From Spirochaetia bacterium (GTDB taxonomy: Bacteria > Spirochaetota > Spirochaetia > CADAEX01): a stretch of DNA of 64,000 bases. Made by a program: the position numbers and the translations under genes. Where the stretch lies: assembly GCA_963662795.1 (NCBI GenBank), contig OY759746.1, positions 2,432,001-2,496,000 on the forward strand, written 5' to 3'. The notes under the pieces are model-generated. The model saw nothing but the letters and a program-made list of their open reading frames with translations. It had not been told where the DNA came from and searched no databases. Below are positions 1-10,984 of this stretch, one piece after another. Within the stretch, counting starts at the first letter, position 1; each line of letters opens with the position of its first letter.

Positions 1-7
1 GCTCTTG

Positions 8-655
8 ATGATTTGCGTATCGGTAGGTGAAAAAGACTACAGGGAAGCGATCAGGGCTGCTTCTGCATTTGATTTTGCGGAAATAAGACTTGATCTGCTG
101 GACTGTGTTGACTCTTTTGTCGCGAAAGAAATATTTTCGTCCCATAAAAAGCTTATAGCGACATACCGCAAAGGGACATCTGACGACGTGAAAAGAGTTG
201 CGGTTCTTGAGACGGCTGTCAATAGCGGAGCCGCTTTTGTTGATGTTGATATTTCTGAGAGCCCCTCTTTTATATCTGCTGTTAAATCTTTCTGCAGGAA
301 AAAGGTTTTTCTCATTATTTCGTATCACGATTTTAAGGAGACGCCCCCTTTGTCCGCTATTGACGGAATAATAGCCAGGGCTCTTGAAAACGGTGCTGAT
401 GCGGTTAAAATTGCATGTACAGCTGAAAATAGTACTCATGTCGAGAGACTTTTAAGCCTGCCTGATTATTACAGTGATACAAGAATAATAATCGCGGGTA
501 TGGGAAAAATGGGTAAAAGAGTGAGAATCCTGTCCGAAAGCGCCGGTAGCTGGTTTACCTATGCAAGTCTTCCCGGAAGAACAGCGACAGCGTCAGGGCA
601 GCTTGATTATAATGAGCTCCTCATTGAGCAGGGGAGGCTTGGAAGTGACTGGTAG
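8..655 (+). CDS. aroD: Type I 3-dehydroquinate dehydratase
   Basis: EIRLDLL, IATYR, SYHDFKETP and DAVKIA (Schiff-base Lys) motifs; heads the aro cluster. Confidence 0.92.
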   Translation: MICVSVGEKDYREAIRAASAFDFAEIRLDLLDCVDSFVAKEIFSSHKKLIATYRKGTSDDVKRVAVLETAVNSGAAFVDVDISESPSFISAVKSFCRKKVFLIISYHDFKETPPLSAIDGIIARALENGADAVKIACTAENSTHVERLLSLPDYYSDTRIIIAGMGKMGKRVRILSESAGSWFTYASLPGRTATASGQLDYNELLIEQGRLGSDW

Positions 656-1991
656 TATCCGCCTTGCCGTAACAGGAAATCCGTGCGCCCACAGTAAAAG
701 CCCTCAGATTTTCAGGAAATTTCTGGATTATAAGGGCCTTGACGGATTTTATTCCCGTATCGCGGCAGATACGCTTGATGAGGCAGTAAAGACCGCTCTC
801 ATAACCGGCATAACAGGCCTTAATGTTACATCCCCGTTCAAGGAAAAGGCGGCTGAAATATCTGATACTGCAGAAGAAGCTGTAGTAAACCTGAAGGCGG
901 CAAATACCCTTAAGCTGGTAAAAAAAGATTCCGGCTGGCCTGGCATATCTGCATTCAATACAGATTATTTGGGAGTATATGAATCTGTTAAAAAAGCTTC
1001 CGGCATTATAAATGGAAAAACAGCGTTTGTTCTGGGCGCGGGGGGCGCGGGCATTGCCGCGGCCTGGGGTTTAAGCCGTGCCGGTTTTAATGTAACGGTA
1101 TTTAACAGGACACTTGAGAAAGCAGAAGGGAGAACAGGATGGATTGCAAACTGCAGAGCGGAAAAACTTGATAATGTAAATGCCCTTGCCGGGGACGCCG
1201 ACATAATTGTCAACGCCCTTCCCCTGGATAAGCTCTTTATTGATGCGGGGAGAATAAAAAAAGGCGCTGTTTTGTTTGATGCCAATTACAGAAACAGCCC
1301 GCTCAGGTTATCTGCGGGCCCTTCTGCCCGAACCCAAACGGAAAAGGATATTTCTGTAATCTCAGGGCTTAAGTGGCTGGTTAATCAGGCTGGTTTTGCA
1401 TTTGAGATTTTTACCGGCAGCAAACTGCCTGAAAACTTCAGTGAGCTTGTGGCAGATGATGATCTTGAAACTGAAAAAATAAATAACATCTCTCTTGTCG
1501 GGTTTATGGGATCAGGCAAGAGTACAACAGGAAAGTATCTTGCTGAACGTTTATCCAGGGGTTTTATAGATATCGATTCTGAAATTGAAAAGAGAGAGAA
1601 AATGAGCATTTCTGAAATTTTCAAAAACAGGGGAGAGGCCTGTTTCAGGGATATTGAAAAGAACATGATCAGGGCTGTTTTTGAACAGGAAAAAGGGAAA
1701 GTTATCTCCTGCGGCGGCGGCGCTGTAGCGGATAGCGTAAACAGGGATGTAATCAAGAAGCGCAGTTTTCCTGTCTGGCTTGCATCCCCTCCTGAAATAT
1801 CTGCCGCCAGAATAACAGACAGGTCGAGGCCTCTTTTAAACAATGAGAGGAGAATGGAAGACGCGGTAAAACTCTACACCGAGAGAATGGATTATTACGG
1901 ATTTACATCGCAGCTTATAATTAATACGTCTGAAAGGGGGGCGCAAAGCGCAGCGGGAAAAATATATGAAGAAATCAGTCACATGTTCTGA
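645..1991 (+). CDS. aroE: Bifunctional shikimate dehydrogenase / shikimate kinase (AroE-AroK fusion); probable GTG start at 645
   Basis: N-terminal GNPCAHSKSP, NVTSPFK, AANT, NTD, GAGGA; C-terminal GFMGSGKST P-loop, FRDIE, GGG, RPLL. Confidence 0.92.
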   Translation: MTGSIRLAVTGNPCAHSKSPQIFRKFLDYKGLDGFYSRIAADTLDEAVKTALITGITGLNVTSPFKEKAAEISDTAEEAVVNLKAANTLKLVKKDSGWPGISAFNTDYLGVYESVKKASGIINGKTAFVLGAGGAGIAAAWGLSRAGFNVTVFNRTLEKAEGRTGWIANCRAEKLDNVNALAGDADIIVNALPLDKLFIDAGRIKKGAVLFDANYRNSPLRLSAGPSARTQTEKDISVISGLKWLVNQAGFAFEIFTGSKLPENFSELVADDDLETEKINNISLVGFMGSGKSTTGKYLAERLSRGFIDIDSEIEKREKMSISEIFKNRGEACFRDIEKNMIRAVFEQEKGKVISCGGGAVADSVNRDVIKKRSFPVWLASPPEISAARITDRSRPLLNNERRMEDAVKLYTERMDYYGFTSQLIINTSERGAQSAAGKIYEEISHMF

Positions 1992-3267
1992 AATCAGGGG
2001 ACATATCAGGGCCCCGTCATCAAAAAGCTCTCTCCAGAGACTTGTTGCTTTTTCATGGCTTGCAGCCGGAGAGACGGAAATACTTAATCCTGATTACTGC
2101 AGCGATGTGGTTTCAGCTATTGGAGTAATTGAAAAACTCGGTGCTTCTGTTTCAAGGGGGAGTTCTTCACTTATTATTAATAGCTCAAGGGAAGGGCATA
2201 CTGCCCCTTCCTTACAGAGTTCCGGAGATTCACAAAACATTATCAGGCTTGACTGCGGCGAGTCAGGCCTTGCCATAAGGATGTTTTCCCCTCTTGTCTC
2301 CCTTTTGGAAGGAACTTATGAACTTGCGGCTGGAGGCTCCCTGATGAGCCGGCCGACCGGAATGATAACAAAAACGCTGTCTGCGTTTGGTGTAAAGATA
2401 TCTGATAACGGCGGCTTTCCGCCTGTAAGGATCAGCGGCCCGCTTCCGGGCGGGAATGCGGTTATCGACGGATCTTTAAGCTCCCAGATACTGACAGGCC
2501 TTCTCGCAGCTCTTCCCGCCGCTGCCAATGATTCCGAGGTAAAGGTTTTAAACCTTAAAAGCAGGCCGTACATAGATATGACAATTGAACTTGCCTCAAG
2601 ATTCGGGTGCAGCATTGAAAACAGCAGTTATGAAGTTTTCAGAGTAAAAGGGAGACAGAAATACAAATCCCCGGGCAGAATCGAAGCTGAAGGAGACTGG
2701 TCATCAGCCGCGTTTCTCCTTGCCGCAGGAGCGCTTGCAGGCGAGGTAAGGGTGAAAAACTTAAGGCCGGACTCTAAACAGGCTGACAGGGCTGTTATGG
2801 AGGTTCTCAAGGTATGTGGAGCGGATATTATAACAGGAGACGGGTATATTGAAGCCAGAAACCCGGGAAAACCGCTTTCCGCTTTTGAGTTTGACGCAAC
2901 AGATTCGCCGGATCTTTTTCCCCCCCTCGCAGCTCTGGCCTCCCGGTGCCGCGGTACTTCTGTTATACATGGGGCAGAAAGGCTTAAACATAAGGAATCA
3001 GACCGCGAAACAAGCCTTATAACGGAATTCGCAAAAGGCGGAGTAAAGATAGAATCTGACGGCAGAACAATGAAAATAACCGGCGGCAGCGGAATAAGGG
3101 GTTTCAGCGGAGATTCCCATAACGACCACAGGATAGCAATGGCACTTGCTGTTTCCGCTCTTGCAGGCAGCGGAAAAGTTGAAATTGAGAATGCACAGGC
3201 GGTTTCCAAATCATGGCCCGGGTTTTTTGAAGATTTGAAAAGTATAGGGGGAAATATAGATGAATAG
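1966..3267 (+). CDS. aroA: EPSP synthase
   Basis: PSSKS, CGESG, SSQ, SRPYIDMT, EGDWSSA, KESDR, HNDHRIAMA motifs. Confidence 0.96.
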   Translation: MKKSVTCSEIRGHIRAPSSKSSLQRLVAFSWLAAGETEILNPDYCSDVVSAIGVIEKLGASVSRGSSSLIINSSREGHTAPSLQSSGDSQNIIRLDCGESGLAIRMFSPLVSLLEGTYELAAGGSLMSRPTGMITKTLSAFGVKISDNGGFPPVRISGPLPGGNAVIDGSLSSQILTGLLAALPAAANDSEVKVLNLKSRPYIDMTIELASRFGCSIENSSYEVFRVKGRQKYKSPGRIEAEGDWSSAAFLLAAGALAGEVRVKNLRPDSKQADRAVMEVLKVCGADIITGDGYIEARNPGKPLSAFEFDATDSPDLFPPLAALASRCRGTSVIHGAERLKHKESDRETSLITEFAKGGVKIESDGRTMKITGGSGIRGFSGDSHNDHRIAMALAVSALAGSGKVEIENAQAVSKSWPGFFEDLKSIGGNIDE

Positions 3268-4249
3268 TTTTGGACGGATATTCAGGGTTTCCATTTTCGG
3301 CGAATCTCATGGAGCAGGAGCAGGCATAGTTATTGACGGCTGCCCGCCGGGAATTCCCGTAACTGATGATGATTTTGAAAAGGACCTTGCACGCAGAAGG
3401 TCCGGGGCAGACGGCACGACTCCACGGAAAGAAAGCGATATTCCTGAGATTATATCAGGTTTTTTCAACGGCAGAACAACCGGTGCGCCTGTTACAATCC
3501 TCTTCCGCAACAGCGATACAAGATCTTCCGATTATTCACAATTCAGGACAATGCCCCGCCCGGGTCATGCCGACTTTACATCAAATCTAAAATATAAGGG
3601 CTACAATGACATGAGGGGGAGCGGTCACTTTTCCGGGCGTATTACTGTAGGCCTTGTGGCGGCAGGTGTAATAGCAAAAAAAATCATGAAAAATGTTGAT
3701 ATTTCAGCAGCGCTTGTCGAGGCCGGAGGGAGGCGGGATATCAAAAAAGCGGTCAGCGAAGCTGCTTCCGATAACGATTCTGTAGGAGGAATTATAGAAT
3801 GCAGAATTCGGAATATGACTCAAGGGTTGGGTGAGCCCTTTTTTGATTCCTTTGAATCAGTCCTGAGCCATATTATATTTGCAGTTCCGGGAGTAAGGGG
3901 CCTTGAGTTCGGGTCAGGTTTTAAGGCTGCCGCAATGAGGGGAAGCGAACATAATGATAATTTTATTTCTTTTAACGGAAAAACAGAAACAAACAATCAT
4001 GCAGGCATCAACGGCGGCATTACAAACGGGAATGAAATATTTTTCCGCCTTGCCATGAAACCTACTTCAAGCATAGCAAAGACGCAGATTACATTTAACA
4101 TGGAAAAAAAGGAAATGGGAGAACTTAGAGCGGAAGGACGGCATGATACCAGTTTTGCGCTCAGGGTTCCCCCTGTTATTGAGGCAGCAACAGCAATTGC
4201 GGCGGCCGATCTTTTTCTGATAAACAGGATTTATCAGGATATACAATAA
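3260..4249 (+). CDS. aroC: Chorismate synthase
   Basis: FGESHG, RPGHAD, SGR, KPTSSI, GRHD motifs. Confidence 0.96.
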   Translation: MNSFGRIFRVSIFGESHGAGAGIVIDGCPPGIPVTDDDFEKDLARRRSGADGTTPRKESDIPEIISGFFNGRTTGAPVTILFRNSDTRSSDYSQFRTMPRPGHADFTSNLKYKGYNDMRGSGHFSGRITVGLVAAGVIAKKIMKNVDISAALVEAGGRRDIKKAVSEAASDNDSVGGIIECRIRNMTQGLGEPFFDSFESVLSHIIFAVPGVRGLEFGSGFKAAAMRGSEHNDNFISFNGKTETNNHAGINGGITNGNEIFFRLAMKPTSSIAKTQITFNMEKKEMGELRAEGRHDTSFALRVPPVIEAATAIAAADLFLINRIYQDIQ

Positions 4250-4272
4250 AAAGAAAAAACGGAGGTATTGAT

Positions 4273-5328
4273 ATGAAACTCGAAATGCTTAGGGAAAACA
4301 TCGACAGAATTGACCAGCAGATATTGAAACTTCTTAATGACAGAATGGAACAGGCTGTGATGACAAGGAAATTCAAGAAAAACACAGAAGATGATGAACG
4401 GGAAAAAATTGTCCTTAAAAAAATATATGACAATTCACATGGCCTGCTTAAGGGAGATTTTACAGATAAAATCTATAAAATAATAATTGAGGAAAGCAAA
4501 AAACTTCAGAATATTCCCTGTACTGTTATAGGTTTTCAGGGGGAGCATGGCGCCTACAGTGAAGAGGCTGCGAAAAAATGGGATAAAAACGGCGTTACTG
4601 TCCCTTGCCTGGAATTCGAGGATGTATTTGAAGGGGTTGAGGCGGGGCTTTATGATTACGGTCTTGTCCCGGTAGAAAATAACCTTGGAGGAATAGTTGG
4701 AGAAGTAAATAGTCTGCTTCTGAAAAAAGATCTTAAAGTTGTGGCCGCGGTTGAAATGGCGGTTTTTCATTGCCTTATGATACTTCCCGGTTCAGATTAC
4801 AGGGAAGTGAGAAACGCATTTTCCCATAGCCAGGCGCTCTCCCAGTGCAGGGATTTTTTAAACAGGAACAAGCTTGAGCCTTCCCCTTACTACGATACTG
4901 CCGGGGCTGCGCGGATGATATCAAGAAAGCAGCTGAAAGGTTCTGCCGCGATTGCAAGCAGACTTGCGGCCAACCTCTACGGCCTTGAGATAATCAAGGA
5001 GAATATTCAGGACAGGGATGACAACAAAACAAGATTTTTTATAATCTCAAAGGCTGACGACAGAAAAACAAAGGGAAGCAAATGTTCAATAGTATTTTCT
5101 ACAGAGCATAAAACCGGCTCTCTTTTTAAAACCCTGAATATCTTTGCAGAAGCCGGGATTAACCTGACAAGGATAGAATCCGTTCCCTCAGCGCCTGGTG
5201 AGTTCGCTTTTTTCCTTGATTTTCAGATTAAGGAAGATGACCCGGCAGTAAAGGTTTTGTTTGATAAACTAAAAGAAGCCACAACAGGATTTAAAGTTCT
5301 TGGTTTTTACAATGAAAAGACAATATAG
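4273..5328 (+). CDS. pheA: Chorismate mutase / prephenate dehydratase (P-protein)
   Basis: N-terminal LRENIDRID CM domain, FQGEHGAYSEEA, PVEN, NKTRF, ACT domain INLTRIES. Confidence 0.94.
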   Translation: MKLEMLRENIDRIDQQILKLLNDRMEQAVMTRKFKKNTEDDEREKIVLKKIYDNSHGLLKGDFTDKIYKIIIEESKKLQNIPCTVIGFQGEHGAYSEEAAKKWDKNGVTVPCLEFEDVFEGVEAGLYDYGLVPVENNLGGIVGEVNSLLLKKDLKVVAAVEMAVFHCLMILPGSDYREVRNAFSHSQALSQCRDFLNRNKLEPSPYYDTAGAARMISRKQLKGSAAIASRLAANLYGLEIIKENIQDRDDNKTRFFIISKADDRKTKGSKCSIVFSTEHKTGSLFKTLNIFAEAGINLTRIESVPSAPGEFAFFLDFQIKEDDPAVKVLFDKLKEATTGFKVLGFYNEKTI

Positions 5329-5348
5329 GGAATAAAAGGAGAAATATT

Positions 5349-6125
5349 ATGAAAATATTAATAATCGGGACCGGGCATATCGGTTCCTGGCTTTGCGAGG
5401 AACTATGCCACGACCATGATGTTGCTGTTTATGACAGGGATCCCAGAAAGATGAAATATTTCATTAATGTAAAGCGGTTCATGGATCTGAAAGAGACAAA
5501 AGAATTTAATCCCGGTATTGTGATAAATTGTGTAAGCCTTAACGGAACAATTGAAGCCTTTGAATCTGTAATTCCTTTCCTTTCAAAAAAATGCATACTG
5601 GCAGACACCGCATCAGTAAAAACAGGGTTAGAGGAGTTTTACAAAAAAATAAAAATGCCGTTTGTCTCGACCCACCCGATGTTCGGCCCTACATTTGCCA
5701 ACATAAGGGATCTCAGCAATGAAAACGCGATTATTATAAGTGAGTCCGGCAAGGCGGGGACAACCTTTTTTGAAACGCTGTACAGGGAATTGAATCTCAA
5801 TATTTTCTATAACAGTTTTAAAGAGCATGACAGCACGATAGCATATTCACTTTCTATCCCTTTTGCCTCAACCATGGTTTTTGCAGCATGTATGGAAAAG
5901 CATGAGGCACCGGGAACAACTTTCCGTAAACATATGGATATTGCCAAAGGGCTCCTTAGCGAGGATGATCACCTGCTTACCGAAATAATGTTCAATAATT
6001 ATACAATAGACCAGTTGCGGAATATAAACTCACAGCTCACCTATCTTACCCACATTATCAGCGCAAGGGACCATGAAGAGATGGGCAAGTTTCTTAAAAA
6101 ACTAAGAAACAATATTTTTACTTGA
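5349..6125 (+). CDS. tyrA: Prephenate dehydrogenase
   Basis: GxGxxG, DTASVK, HPMFGP, EHD motifs; operon context. Confidence 0.9.
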   Translation: MKILIIGTGHIGSWLCEELCHDHDVAVYDRDPRKMKYFINVKRFMDLKETKEFNPGIVINCVSLNGTIEAFESVIPFLSKKCILADTASVKTGLEEFYKKIKMPFVSTHPMFGPTFANIRDLSNENAIIISESGKAGTTFFETLYRELNLNIFYNSFKEHDSTIAYSLSIPFASTMVFAACMEKHEAPGTTFRKHMDIAKGLLSEDDHLLTEIMFNNYTIDQLRNINSQLTYLTHIISARDHEEMGKFLKKLRNNIFT

Positions 6126-6150
6126 CCTCAAAGAGCCGGACGAATATGAT
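6122..6150 (+). promoter_or_regulatory. sigma70-like promoter TTGACC-N17-TATGAT, 6 nt upstream of ATG
   Basis: Direct consensus match; no Shine-Dalgarno before 6157. Confidence 0.6.
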
Positions 6151-6156
6151 TTATTT

Positions 6157-6846
6157 ATGCGTTCCCTGATCGTTTTTTTTGTTCTGTTGTTATCTCCTTA
6201 CGTTTCAGTTTCAGGGGAAAGCACGGAATATATAAGAAATATTCCCTCATTTTCAAGAATTGAACTGACCGGCAGATTCAATGCAGTTCTTGAGGAAACC
6301 CGGCAGTCAGGCAGTATTTCCATAACGGCAAGTTCAGGGAGCTCCGATGATATTGAAACTACAGTATCGGGAGATAAACTGATCGTTTCCAAAAGCAGCG
6401 GAATATACCAGCCCAGGAATATTACAGTTAAAATAACGCCGGCACAGTTGATTACAGAACTTTCAGCTTCATCCGGGGTTCTTGTAAAATCCTACAGAAA
6501 TGTTTTTTCCGTGAAATCGGAAATCAGGGCTGATTCAGGTTCTGCAATGGAATTATTTACTGAATCTTCTGATCTGCTGATAAACTGCGGAAGAAATTCG
6601 AAAATCAAAATCAGGGGAAAATCCGAAAATCTTGAAGCCCGTGCTTCAAATGGCGGGGAAATAGATGCATTTCTTCTTGAAGCTTCAAAATGCTTTGCGC
6701 ATTCATATACAGGCAGTATAATAAAAGTGAATGTTGACAGGCATCTTGAGGCCGGAGCAGGACTGGAGTCAGCTGTCTATTATAAGGGTGATCCTGTCTT
6801 CGTTTATCTGTCTGAAGCTTTGGGCGGAAAATATATTAAAGAATAG
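6157..6846 (+). CDS. Secreted GIN/DUF2807-like beta-helical protein
   Basis: Signal peptide; FSRIEL start and VYYKGDP C-terminal motif typical of DUF2807. Confidence 0.7.
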   Translation: MRSLIVFFVLLLSPYVSVSGESTEYIRNIPSFSRIELTGRFNAVLEETRQSGSISITASSGSSDDIETTVSGDKLIVSKSSGIYQPRNITVKITPAQLITELSASSGVLVKSYRNVFSVKSEIRADSGSAMELFTESSDLLINCGRNSKIKIRGKSENLEARASNGGEIDAFLLEASKCFAHSYTGSIIKVNVDRHLEAGAGLESAVYYKGDPVFVYLSEALGGKYIKE

Positions 6847-6867
6847 GTTTGTTGTCAGGAGGAAAAA

Positions 6868-7503
6868 ATGGACGCCAAAAAAATGTATTATGCGGCTGTA
6901 TCTGAAAAAGTCTTGAAACACTTTGAGAGAAGGGGGATTGAGGGGCACTATTTTGATAATTCAAAACTGCTTCTTGATTTTTTAAAAGAGCTTATTCCTG
7001 AGAATTCTGTTGTATCCTGGGGCGGTTCAATGACCCTGGAAGAGACCGGTACGATGGATTTATTAAAATCAGGAAAATATAAAGCTATAGACCGGGAAAC
7101 TGCTGATACTCCGGAAAAACTTATTCAGGCCTACAGGGATGCTCTTTCATCAGATTATTATTTTATGAGTTCCAGTGCAATAACAATGGACGGGAAGCTT
7201 TTGAATATAGATGGTACCGGCAACAGGGTAGCGGCTATTTGCTGCGGTCCCTCTTATGTCGTGGTTGTGGCGGGAATGAACAAAATCGCAACAGATGAAG
7301 AAGCCGCTATGGATAGAATTAAAAACTATGCCGCACCGCTTAATGTCATGAGACTCTCTAAAAATACACCCTGCGCATCAACCGGCAAATGCGAGCACTG
7401 CGTTTCACCTGCGTCTATCTGCAGCCACACAGTAATTACAAGACGCTCCGCGGTAATTGGAAGAATAAAGGTATTGCTTGTAGGAGAAGATCTGGGATTT
7501 TAA
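6868..7503 (+). CDS. LUD-domain (lactate utilization-like) protein with Cys cluster
   Basis: WGGSMTL, NIDGTGNRVAA, GMNKI, PCASTGKCEHC...IC, GEDLGF. Confidence 0.85.
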   Translation: MDAKKMYYAAVSEKVLKHFERRGIEGHYFDNSKLLLDFLKELIPENSVVSWGGSMTLEETGTMDLLKSGKYKAIDRETADTPEKLIQAYRDALSSDYYFMSSSAITMDGKLLNIDGTGNRVAAICCGPSYVVVVAGMNKIATDEEAAMDRIKNYAAPLNVMRLSKNTPCASTGKCEHCVSPASICSHTVITRRSAVIGRIKVLLVGEDLGF

Positions 7504-7551
7504 AAAATAATTGGCAGCAGCGGGACAGGATGACCTGAGCGATGCCCCTGT

Positions 7552-9105
7552 CTATTTACCGCCCTTTATTGTGTATCCGAAACTGCATGCAATATAGCTT
7601 GCGATAAAATCTTCTTCCGGGGCTGAAGACTCAAACCAGCTGTAAAAATCCCTGCTGTATCTAAAATCTAGAAAGAAAAGGCTGCTGTTAAGCGGGAACT
7701 CAAGAGAGCCTCCTGCAAGCCATGAGCTGTTTGCCATCCTGAGAAGTCCTTCATCATATTCTGAGCCGGATGAAGTTCCTGTTGCCTTATCTGTAATATC
7801 GACCTTCATCACAGTTGTCCTGTATTTAAGCGCGGCACCTGCATAAAATTTTAAAAGATGCGACGGTATTCTGTAATATACTATAAGGGGAAATTCAATA
7901 TACCAGGCGGAAGTTTCCATTTCTGAAGAATCGGCAAGCGGGTAGCCGCTGTCAAAGGATGCAGGTATCTTCTGATTGTAAAAATTAAACTCTCCCTGAA
8001 TACCTGAGGATTCAAATATATCGGCGGAACAGAAAAATCCTCCCCCGAAAGATGAACTGCTTTGTCCCTGCGGTTTACTGCCCGCCATGTCCCAGTCTGA
8101 GATATCGTATGTGCTTGTCAGAACCATTGTTTTTAATCCGGCAGAATAGGGCAGGTCAGCTGCTGTAAGACCTCTGCTCAGGCCCCATTCACTCATATTT
8201 TTCTTCCATATTTCATATTTGGCAGCAATATCATTCTTTTTATCGACTGCTGAAGAGCAGAAAGATGGATCTTCGAGCAGACTGAGCACTGAGTCAAAAG
8301 CAGCAGCTACTCTCCTGCTTTTAAATTTATCATCTGAGTAGAGGTCAATAGGTTTTTCATACCTGCTGATAAGCCTTTTTTCCTTTTCTGTTAAGGAAGG
8401 TATTTCAAATTCAATACTTACCCTGTCTTCAGGTTTAAGGATAATGGCTATATCTGCAAGAATTAACCCGCTTCCCATCCTGTTCTGGAGAATCCTGATA
8501 TTCCTGCTGCCGGAGACAAGATAATCAATATATTCAATATTTCTTCCAATATTGACACCGTCAATGAACAATGTGTAGGAACCGTCATCCTGACCTCTGT
8601 TGACAAATGAAATTGATGCAAAAGAGACATTTTCATGTGTAAAGAACCTGAAAACTTCCCTGAAAATATTATCCATGGAGGTCCGCAGTTTTGCCGGTGT
8701 TTCCGCAGTCTCCCTGACAGAAAGATGTCCGCCATTATGAGTTGCGTTGAATATGCTTACCTCAATAGTTATATCCCTGCCGGTTTTTGTAACATTCCCG
8801 TATATAAGATAGCTTAAATTGTTTTCGCCGCAGTATTCATACATTCCGCTTTCATCAGCAAACTGTTTCCCGTCATTGCTGATGAAAGTCCTGAATTTTC
8901 CTGTGAGATCAAGATTTCTGATTAATGTTTCCTCAATCAGTTCTGATGTCCTGTCTATTGAGGAAAGGCCTGTCATGTTTTTTATTCCGGACACTGCTAT
9001 TACAGGCAGGATTTCAGGTTTCCGGACCGTCTGCTGTGCGCTTGAATTACCTATTAAATAAACAAGATTCAGGAAAAATATTATAATTATACTGCTTTTT
9101 TTCAT
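7552..9105 (-). CDS. Secreted protein, TolB-N/FlgO-like N-terminus and probable C-terminal beta-barrel
   Basis: Signal peptide; YLIYGNV motif; C-terminal amphipathic strands (YIEFPLIV, FFLDFRY, SFGY). Confidence 0.55.
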   Translation of the reverse strand: MKKSSIIIIFFLNLVYLIGNSSAQQTVRKPEILPVIAVSGIKNMTGLSSIDRTSELIEETLIRNLDLTGKFRTFISNDGKQFADESGMYEYCGENNLSYLIYGNVTKTGRDITIEVSIFNATHNGGHLSVRETAETPAKLRTSMDNIFREVFRFFTHENVSFASISFVNRGQDDGSYTLFIDGVNIGRNIEYIDYLVSGSRNIRILQNRMGSGLILADIAIILKPEDRVSIEFEIPSLTEKEKRLISRYEKPIDLYSDDKFKSRRVAAAFDSVLSLLEDPSFCSSAVDKKNDIAAKYEIWKKNMSEWGLSRGLTAADLPYSAGLKTMVLTSTYDISDWDMAGSKPQGQSSSSFGGGFFCSADIFESSGIQGEFNFYNQKIPASFDSGYPLADSSEMETSAWYIEFPLIVYYRIPSHLLKFYAGAALKYRTTVMKVDITDKATGTSSGSEYDEGLLRMANSSWLAGGSLEFPLNSSLFFLDFRYSRDFYSWFESSAPEEDFIASYIACSFGYTIKGGK

Positions 9106-9274
9106 AACTAATTTAGATTATCGGTAATACTCATCCAGATGTCAATAACACTTATTTTAAGGAATAATATATAAACAGCATTGAAAAAAATGTTTATTTT
9201 TTACAGAACCTAATATATGATTGACAGCATCAAAACTTTTTTTATTACATTTCACATAACAAGGAATCCATTGT

Positions 9275-10540
9275 ATGATGTTCAAAAGCACTTATACCAG
9301 GTATAAAATTATTTTCTTTCTTGCCATTATTACAGGAACTGTCGCTCTTTATTATTTCCGGGAACTGTATCCCGGGAGAGAGGGGCTTTTTTTACCTTTA
9401 CTCCTCTTATATTCTGTTCTTCTGTTTGCCATCCAGATTTTCTCTTTGAGCAGGGCGGATGTACACTGCAGAAAATGCTCAGATACACTGTTTCTGGAAT
9501 TTGACAGTGAGGATGATGTTATCAATGACATTATTGAACCGTGTAACAGTCTTCTTATAAGAATAAAGGAGCAGAAAGAAGTTAACAGGGAATTGGAAAG
9601 AAGACTGTCGGAGTCCCTTGCCAGGGCCGAAAATTACAGCGGTGAACTTGCATCCATGCTGGAAAACATAAATAATAAAAAAAATATTTTGGAAAATATA
9701 AAAAAATATCACGCTGAAATCATCAATGCGGCCGGGATGCTCCAGAATTTTAAAAAAAGTCATCAGGATTTTGAAAGTTATATGAGCAGTGCCGCAGGAA
9801 GCCAGATTGATTCCATAACCGGACTCTCTGATGTAATAAAAATTCTGATTGACTCAATATCAAAGGAATCGCAGATTGCGCATCGTGCTGAACTGATATC
9901 ACACGAAATGTCAGAAACAGTAAAGTCGGGCGGTGAGGATATAACAAAAACCATATGCCTGATAACTGAGATTGAAAAAATATCCCATAAGATAAGAGAA
10001 ATTATAATAGTTATTGACAATATTTCAGAGCAGACAAATCTTCTTGCAATGAATGCAGCAATTGAAGCAGCCCATGCCGGAGATGCCGGTAAGGGGTTTT
10101 CTGTAGTTTCAGGAGAAATACAGAAGCTGTCCAAAGAAACAAACCAGAGTTCGAGAAAAATATCAGAACTGGTGAAAAATGTTTCTGAAACAATAAAGGT
10201 AATGATTTCAAATGCACAGAATGCGTCCGGCGGGCTGAAGGCAATAATGGATTCTGTGACAAGAACAGAAAGTATTGTCGCAGACATTACAGGAGCAATA
10301 AATGAGCAGTCTGAAGAAAGCAGTAAAATCATGAATGCGGCAGGCGGGCTTTATAAATCCGCAGAAAGCATGAAAAACAATGCAGCCATGAATGTTAATA
10401 ATAAAATGAATTTTTCCCAGGCACTTGAAACGCTGGATTCCTCGGGAAGAAATCTTGAAGCTGATATCAACGGGTTTCTGGAAAATTTTGATAATACTGA
10501 AAAGATGCTGCGGAATATTTTAAGTGCCGAAAAGCTTTAA
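9275..10540 (+). CDS. Methyl-accepting chemotaxis protein
   Basis: Two TM helices; [29 protein letters not shown] hairpin signature. Confidence 0.92.
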   Translation: MMFKSTYTRYKIIFFLAIITGTVALYYFRELYPGREGLFLPLLLLYSVLLFAIQIFSLSRADVHCRKCSDTLFLEFDSEDDVINDIIEPCNSLLIRIKEQKEVNRELERRLSESLARAENYSGELASMLENINNKKNILENIKKYHAEIINAAGMLQNFKKSHQDFESYMSSAAGSQIDSITGLSDVIKILIDSISKESQIAHRAELISHEMSETVKSGGEDITKTICLITEIEKISHKIREIIIVIDNISEQTNLLAMNAAIEAAHAGDAGKGFSVVSGEIQKLSKETNQSSRKISELVKNVSETIKVMISNAQNASGGLKAIMDSVTRTESIVADITGAINEQSEESSKIMNAAGGLYKSAESMKNNAAMNVNNKMNFSQALETLDSSGRNLEADINGFLENFDNTEKMLRNILSAEKL

Positions 10541-10585
10541 GCAAAAGTTGAATCTGCTTCAGCCGTATTTTTAAGGGGATTAATA

Positions 10586-10984
10586 ATGTCAGATGAAAAA
10601 GAGATGGAAAATTTAAAAGCAGAGCTTGATTCGTTCAGAAAGGAAAAGGAAAAGATAAGAAAGATCATGGAGTCTATTGGAGGGTCCCGGCAAAAAAGTG
10701 AAGACAAGTTCCTGAATATTTTTTTTATTATAACAATTTTCTTCCTTTTTGCAGCTGATATCTTAAGGCACCTTTTCCATTTAAATATTCCGTATCCTTC
10801 CCTGTTTTCAATTGAACTTGGTGTTCTTCTTGTTTCAGTGAAGATAATATGGATGATTCACAGGCAGACCAAGGTGGAACATTTTCAATTCTGGATACTC
10901 AATTCAATAGAGTTCCGTGTAAACGAGATATCAAAGCGGTTGTCCAAAATGGAGGAAATACTTAAAGGGAACCCTAAACAATAA
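10586..10984 (+). CDS. Hypothetical two-TM membrane protein with coiled-coil termini
   Basis: RBS AAGGGG, two hydrophobic segments, HFQFWILNSIEFR motif. Confidence 0.75.
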   Translation: MSDEKEMENLKAELDSFRKEKEKIRKIMESIGGSRQKSEDKFLNIFFIITIFFLFAADILRHLFHLNIPYPSLFSIELGVLLVSVKIIWMIHRQTKVEHFQFWILNSIEFRVNEISKRLSKMEEILKGNPKQ

